Assembly (NCBI GenBank): GCA_048938855.1
Contig: JBHLLT010000014.1
Span: forward strand, 18,230-82,229
Origin: Promethearchaeota archaeon
Lineage (GTDB): Archaea; Asgardarchaeota; Lokiarchaeia; Sigyniarchaeales; SOKP01
DNA: 64,000 bases
Direction: 5' to 3'
The translations under genes were made by a program, and so were the position numbers. The notes beneath the pieces are model-generated. The model was given only the letters and a program-made list of their open reading frames with translations. It made no database searches and was not told the origin of the DNA. Below are positions 58,756 to 64,000 of this stretch, piece after piece (the stretch's first letter is position 1; each line of letters begins with the position of its first letter).

Positions 58756-60063
58756 TTAAACCTCTTTTTCTTTTTCCATAAATTGAAGAGCCTTTTTTAT
58801 AGCATCCATTCCAAATTTCGCTAATTTATCTACATCATAATGAGTTCTGTCTTCACTCAATTTTTCTAGAACAAATTCTTTAAATTCGTCATCAGGTTTC
58901 TCAAGTATGTAATCTAGGATTACTCCAGCACTAATATCGTCCTCAAACATTTCAGAAGTATCAGAAATTTTCCAAATTATTTGTAATATATTGTATTTTT
59001 CAGACTGAGAAAAACAATTTCTCCTTAACTTCACCATTAATTCATTTATTTGCCATGTTTTTTCAGTTGTCATTTCGCCATAAAAATTAAACTTTAGCCT
59101 AGCTGATGTTTCTGAATTAAAACCACCTTTTATAGAATATTTATCTAATTCATTTTGTACCCATATTTCTAAATCTGATGGTGATTCTTTTGGATTAGTA
59201 TCATGGGAAATCAATTCAAAAGACCGATTGAGTAAACCATCAGTAAATATTGTTTCAATATTTAATTCTCTTGTTTTTTCATTTATATCAACGATTAAAT
59301 AGGATTGATTTTCAAGTTTTTCTTTAAAATTCATAGGTAATAGACTTCCTGAATAGTAATGGTTCTTTGAAACTCGCTTAAAACCATGTTCATGCCCGAG
59401 TGCTACGTAATCATAATTAAAATCATTGGAATTAACCTTACTATGTAAAGTTTCATCCGCTGTTGAGCCATGAGCTATAGCAATATTAAGAAAATCATTA
59501 TCTTTAGGTTGCTGATTCTGAATCCAATTATCATACGCAGATTCATAGACTTCGAAATTTTTAAACTCAAAATAGGGAAATAAATAAAATCTTACCTTCT
59601 TATCGGGAAATTCTATTGATAAAGAATTATTGGATTTAATCGCTTCAATCAAATCTCTCTCTTTAAAATAAAATAAATTCGGATACTGATCTTTATTAAT
59701 ATGTGATTCAAATGGAGTATATTCATAACCTCGGAATACTCCATGATTTCCTTCAATATATATAAATGGTACTTGATTATTTGTATTTTCAAAGAAGATT
59801 TTTAATCCTTGAATTAAAGCTCTTCTTGCTGGTTCGGTTGGGGGATAAGAACTATATTTTGAAGGAAGATGAAAGATATCTCCACAATGCACTAAAAAAT
59901 CGATATCATTTATATTAGAAATCTCAGTAATTACATTAAGAAATGTATCATAAAGTTCTTGTTCAAATGGTCTTGAATAGTTTTCAATTGCCCATTTATT
60001 TATAGTTCCCCTTCTAGGACGATATCCCAAATGAGTATCTGCCATATGGATAATTTTAACCAT
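58756..60063 (-). CDS. mre11: DNA repair nuclease Mre11
   Basis: DTHLG, GDIF, GNH, HG, GHEH and YSGS motifs. Confidence 0.92.
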   Translation of the reverse strand: MVKIIHMADTHLGYRPRRGTINKWAIENYSRPFEQELYDTFLNVITEISNINDIDFLVHCGDIFHLPSKYSSYPPTEPARRALIQGLKIFFENTNNQVPFIYIEGNHGVFRGYEYTPFESHINKDQYPNLFYFKERDLIEAIKSNNSLSIEFPDKKVRFYLFPYFEFKNFEVYESAYDNWIQNQQPKDNDFLNIAIAHGSTADETLHSKVNSNDFNYDYVALGHEHGFKRVSKNHYYSGSLLPMNFKEKLENQSYLIVDINEKTRELNIETIFTDGLLNRSFELISHDTNPKESPSDLEIWVQNELDKYSIKGGFNSETSARLKFNFYGEMTTEKTWQINELMVKLRRNCFSQSEKYNILQIIWKISDTSEMFEDDISAGVILDYILEKPDDEFKEFVLEKLSEDRTHYDVDKLAKFGMDAIKKALQFMEKEKEV

Positions 60064-60075
60064 TATATCACCTTT

Positions 60076-61293
60076 TTAATCTTCTAAAACTTTATGTCTC
60101 CATGATTCAGAATATTTTTTTGTTCTTTCATCATATTTTAATTCCATGAATTTGCTTTCTAACTTGTTATATTCAGAGACTAATAATGTACTTGCTTCAT
60201 GAGCTCCTTTTAGACATAAAGGATACCCTCTGGGAGAATAAGGTATTAAATTCTGTAATATATATTTAGCATCTTCTGTATCTAGGAAGTCTGGTATATC
60301 GAATCTTAGAGCTGTGCTATTCTCCTGTATTCTAGTGATATATGCTTTACTTTTAGTATAAGCTGAAAGGTCTGGCATTTCTACTAAAAAATTCTTTTCT
60401 TTCATAATTTCAGACCAAATAGGCAGAATAAAATTACCTTGTGCATCCCTTAATCGGCATGTTTTGGAAATTGCATAATAATTTATATTATAAGAGTCAA
60501 CAAATTTAAAAAAGAATTTAGTAAAAGCTTGTGGTGGAAAAATATGATGTCGGAACATTTGAATACCATCACCTAAAAATACAACATTTCTAAATTTCCC
60601 CCAATTACTTTCATCTTTAATTCTTATAAGTGATTTCAAAATTTCATCAGCAGTTCTTATTCTATCAATTACATGAGCAATAGATGGATAATAAAAGGCA
60701 TGGTTATCTATAGCGCTCTTTATTTTATTACTAAAAGTCGTTTCATACCATTCTTCTAATTCATCAATATAACTTTTCAAATCTCCGATATAGAAGTACT
60801 TTTTAATTGCTTTTACGAAATTTTCAATAACAGTCTGATAAATAATCAACTTATGTTCATTATCTTCAATATAAGTTGTAATTGGTTTATACATTATTTT
60901 TTCAATATTGTATTTTCCATCTATCAAAGTGATTTGACCTTCTCCAAATTTAAAAGATCCTAATATAGCATAAGTTCCAGGTAATGTATTCGAGCTCTCA
61001 TCAAACCCAATAATTTTAAATGTTTTATCTACATAATCATTTAAGTGCTTTTCAATTCTTATATATGGCATTTTGCTAAAGTGAGCACCCATATTTCTGA
61101 GTTTTTCTTCTGCGCTACTCGTAGGATCAGGATCCTCTAACTCTTTTTTTTCTTCTTCTGTCCATGTAATCTTATTAGACTTAATATACTCCATAAATTC
61201 TTTAATATCAGGACTAAAAGATTCTTCAGGTCGATAATTCATCGACTCTTCCAATGAAATTAATTCAAAATCGAACGAAATTAATATCACCAA
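60076..61293 (-). CDS. nurA: NurA 5'-3' nuclease
   Basis: FDES, DG, SK and GYP..L..AHE motifs; operon context. Confidence 0.82.
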   Translation of the reverse strand: MVILISFDFELISLEESMNYRPEESFSPDIKEFMEYIKSNKITWTEEEKKELEDPDPTSSAEEKLRNMGAHFSKMPYIRIEKHLNDYVDKTFKIIGFDESSNTLPGTYAILGSFKFGEGQITLIDGKYNIEKIMYKPITTYIEDNEHKLIIYQTVIENFVKAIKKYFYIGDLKSYIDELEEWYETTFSNKIKSAIDNHAFYYPSIAHVIDRIRTADEILKSLIRIKDESNWGKFRNVVFLGDGIQMFRHHIFPPQAFTKFFFKFVDSYNINYYAISKTCRLRDAQGNFILPIWSEIMKEKNFLVEMPDLSAYTKSKAYITRIQENSTALRFDIPDFLDTEDAKYILQNLIPYSPRGYPLCLKGAHEASTLLVSEYNKLESKFMELKYDERTKKYSESWRHKVLED

Positions 61294-61308
61294 ATTAATT
61301 TATCAAAA

Positions 61309-63060
61309 TTAAGGAAGTCCTGTTGGAGGAGGACTTGGACTTAAATCTTTCATTTTTTTAGAAAAATCTTCATAAAATGATTTTGACGTATTTATAAAAT
61401 AATCATCATATAGAGGAATTTTAAGCTTTTGAAAGTTAGTAAGCCAAATTCCTGAGATTAATGCAATTCCAACAGTGCCAGTAAGAGATTCTAGATCACT
61501 TTGCTGGACACCACCACCAATACTACGAGCGGCTACTTGTTTTTCTTTGTCAGATCTCAATGGTAAATTAATTACAGTGTTCATATTAGATAATATTGTA
61601 TCATCTATAGGAGAATATTGTTGTGAGATAACCTCAAGAGCTAAATTAAACTTTCTTCCCTGACGCGAAATATCTTTAAACACATTACTAAATCTCATCA
61701 TTTCTGGTCTTAAGATACTAGGTGCTTCTTCAATTGTAAATATAATTATTGGTAAATCGGTTGGTTCTTTAACTTCCTTTCCACTTTTGATGTATAATTC
61801 ATCAATTGAAGTTTCAAAGTTTTTATAGAAATTTTCAGGTAAAGTTTGTTTAAGCTTTGTTTTTAAAGTGTCAATATCAGTAGACGATTTTAATGCTTTT
61901 CTAATATCAAAAAGCGTCCTGGCTAATACACTATTGAATAGAAATTGCTCTAAATCTGAGATCATAGATACATTAAATATAATTATACCACCCATTTCTA
62001 GTTTTTTCACAATTTCGGGCAATTTACTGTTTGCATTAGATCGAAACATCTCAGAATATTCTAACCAAGTAAGTCTCCTTCTTACTGCTGCCATAGTAGC
62101 ATCACTATGCCCTCCCCGTAAGGGAGAATATCCTTCTGTTAAGAGATTCTCAATATAGTCTTCACGGTTCTCATTATATGCAGAATGAACCGCTCCAACC
62201 TGTAAGTCATTAAAAGTTCCTGTAGCATATAAGTCAACAGGTTTTATCTCTTGATAATTTATAATGCATGGTTGAGCCATGCTTTTAATAGGTGCCGGAG
62301 GTATTCCTTTATTAGGATAAAGATAAAACCAAGTTCCAATAAGATTTTTATTATAAGCTACGGCTTTACAAATATCATTAAATCCATATTTTAAACATCC
62401 TAGAGCATATTCATCATGCATATCAATTGCTAACATAGCAATTTTAGTTCCTTTTCCATTTAAAATAACATTTGCATTATGCTGCAGGAGACCATCGAGA
62501 AATACTTGGTTTAAATTCGATTTTCCAGTACCTGTTGCTCCAGCAATGAAAAAATGATACATGAGATATTTATAAGGGAAATAAACATTTACATTGGCTT
62601 CGGATGCCAATGAACCCATATATACACCATCGGGAGTAAAAATTGTTTCTAAATACATAGCTTTATCATCTTGAATCTCAGAGATTTCCATAGAATGAGG
62701 TTTCAATACTCCCTTTTCCATAATATCCTCAATAAGAAAAAAAACATTCGTAGTGTAATTTTTTTCTTTTTTAGACTTCTTGTCTCTCTCCGTAAGAATT
62801 ATTGGACGTCCTTGAATCACATATTGTAATTCAGTCTCAAGTTCTGCGGTGATATAATCTGTCATTTTAACATTTTTTAATTTTTGTCGCGTTAATATGT
62901 AATCTTGAATAGTATATTCTTTTAGAATTTGGATAATTATTGTATAATCTATTTTTTCAGCTTCATCTTCAGCCTCTAATTTAACAAAACCATGAAGATG
63001 TACATATTTCTCATGAAAAATTTCAATAACACTTTCTGTTGGATTTATTCTAATTATCAT
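61309..63060 (-). CDS. herA: HerA/FtsK-family helicase
   Basis: GATGTGKSN, D.HDEY, IEEA, RQGRKF and SQ motifs. Confidence 0.9.
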   Translation of the reverse strand: MIIRINPTESVIEIFHEKYVHLHGFVKLEAEDEAEKIDYTIIIQILKEYTIQDYILTRQKLKNVKMTDYITAELETELQYVIQGRPIILTERDKKSKKEKNYTTNVFFLIEDIMEKGVLKPHSMEISEIQDDKAMYLETIFTPDGVYMGSLASEANVNVYFPYKYLMYHFFIAGATGTGKSNLNQVFLDGLLQHNANVILNGKGTKIAMLAIDMHDEYALGCLKYGFNDICKAVAYNKNLIGTWFYLYPNKGIPPAPIKSMAQPCIINYQEIKPVDLYATGTFNDLQVGAVHSAYNENREDYIENLLTEGYSPLRGGHSDATMAAVRRRLTWLEYSEMFRSNANSKLPEIVKKLEMGGIIIFNVSMISDLEQFLFNSVLARTLFDIRKALKSSTDIDTLKTKLKQTLPENFYKNFETSIDELYIKSGKEVKEPTDLPIIIFTIEEAPSILRPEMMRFSNVFKDISRQGRKFNLALEVISQQYSPIDDTILSNMNTVINLPLRSDKEKQVAARSIGGGVQQSDLESLTGTVGIALISGIWLTNFQKLKIPLYDDYFINTSKSFYEDFSKKMKDLSPSPPPTGLP

Positions 63061-63217
63061 TTTTATATAACCGAAATTTTCTCATTTGATTATATTAATT
63101 AAACCACCAATATAAATAAAAAAATATATTAATGGAAACTTACATTTGTTTTAGAGTCTTTTGAAACTATTATGAGGATACTTTAATAAAATTGAAGGAC
63201 TAAGCAAATTTAGTAGT

Positions 63218-64000
63218 CTATAAAAGATCTATTGCGGATTTAAAAAGATCTTTTTTATCTATTTTCTTTGCTTTTTTTTGAGATTTAAACTGAACAGATG
63301 ACTTTTTATAGATATTAGGTTTTAATTCAGAGATAAATTGAGAGATTCTAACTATCTGTGGCCCTCGATATGTATTTTTTATCGATGGAGATATCAAGTA
63401 AAGTTGATCCTTTGCTCTCGTTACTGCAACATAAAAAACTCTGCGTTCTTCCTCATACGCATCTGGATCACTAACACTTCTACTGGAAGGGAATGAATCC
63501 TCACATAACATTGGAATAAAGACAATTCGCCATTCAAGTCCTTTTGCTCTATGTATAGTAGATATAATTAATGGTTTTTCTTCCTCTGTTTGCTCTCCTG
63601 CGTGAACAGTCTTAGATTCTAAATTATTGCGATTAAGACTTAAATTTTCTAAAAATTTTTGAATTGTAGGGAAATTCAGGGCATATACACCTAGTTGCTT
63701 TAAATCATCTATACGATCTTGCCAATTATCATATTTTGATTTTATATGATCTTCAAGAACAATTGCTAATTTTTGAATAACTTCAGAAGGATTATCTTCA
63801 GGCGTGAAATCTATTATTTTCTTAATATAAGAGACTAAATTTTTAATTCCTTCCTTCGATATACGTGAACCTTTTAATTTTTCGGCATAAAACATTTTAT
63901 TTATTAAAGCATCAATAGGATGCTCTAAATTAGATATTGCTTCAAAGATTTTTGATCCAGATGATGTGCCAATTCCTTGAATAATTGAAAAAATCCTAGC
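63218..64000 (-). CDS. UvrD/PcrA-family SF1 helicase (C-terminal part; start lies beyond the window)
   Basis: STIHRAKGLEW and EEERRVFYVAVTRAK motifs; frame open to the window edge (RIFSIIQGIG). Confidence 0.92.
   Translation of the reverse strand, partial: ARIFSIIQGIGTSSGSKIFEAISNLEHPIDALINKMFYAEKLKGSRISKEGIKNLVSYIKKIIDFTPEDNPSEVIQKLAIVLEDHIKSKYDNWQDRIDDLKQLGVYALNFPTIQKFLENLSLNRNNLESKTVHAGEQTEEEKPLIISTIHRAKGLEWRIVFIPMLCEDSFPSSRSVSDPDAYEEERRVFYVAVTRAKDQLYLISPSIKNTYRGPQIVRISQFISELKPNIYKKSSVQFKSQKKAKKIDKKDLFKSAIDLL

Noticed and set aside
978-62158. Many 60-170-aa ORFs antisense to or nested in long genes (e.g. 978, 2513, 7296, 7940, 21451, 29011, 38722, 58133, 61868)
   Set aside because: They overlap well-supported CDSs and show no motifs; treated as shadow ORFs.
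56653-63060. HerA- or SMC-based anti-phage system (Sir2-HerA, Lamassu, Wadjet)
   Set aside because: The gene set matches the housekeeping HerA-NurA-Mre11-Rad50 resection operon; no effector gene is present.
1-64000. tRNA, rRNA, CRISPR array, integrase or transposase
   Set aside because: None recognised by eye; intergenic gaps are short and AT-rich. A tRNAscan-SE/Infernal run would be needed to exclude them formally.

Overview
AT-rich archaeal chromosomal DNA, most consistent with an Asgard archaeon of the Lokiarchaeia/Promethearchaeia type. Support: Alba, an alpha3/face-to-face-type histone, Sec11 signal peptidase, a herA-nurA-mre11-rad50 operon, roadblock and Zn-ribbon proteins, TATA-like promoters, GGTGA-type Shine-Dalgarno sites and oligo-T terminators. 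About 60 CDS; I saw no rRNA, tRNA, CRISPR array or transposase. Main points of interest: (1) At 6.5-10 kb, a divergent cluster of three paralogous ~215-aa Ala-heptad three-helix coiled-coil proteins with BAR-like features. It also holds a ribbon-helix-helix regulator, a 55-aa acidic microprotein missed by the ORF track and a 2-TM protein, and lies next to a P-permease plus roadblock-coiled-coil operon. This is a candidate undescribed membrane-shaping or filament system. (2) At 21-32 kb, a B12 acyl-CoA mutase with a non-canonical active-site signature, followed by MeaB, SCP2-like, 2-hydroxyacyl-CoA dehydratase-type, FAD/Fe-S oxidoreductase, ACS-domain-like and CooC genes. (3) At 32.7-37.2 kb, a four-copy operator+TATA motif defining an envelope regulon that ends in a membrane-tethered wHTH regulator. 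(4) Several genes (cobO, an M28 peptidase, probably others) appear to start at ATT/ATC/ATA codons behind SD sites. (5) Candidate ncRNAs near alba/histone and downstream of a GC-richer beta-helix gene. All family assignments come from motif recognition by eye; no searches were run.
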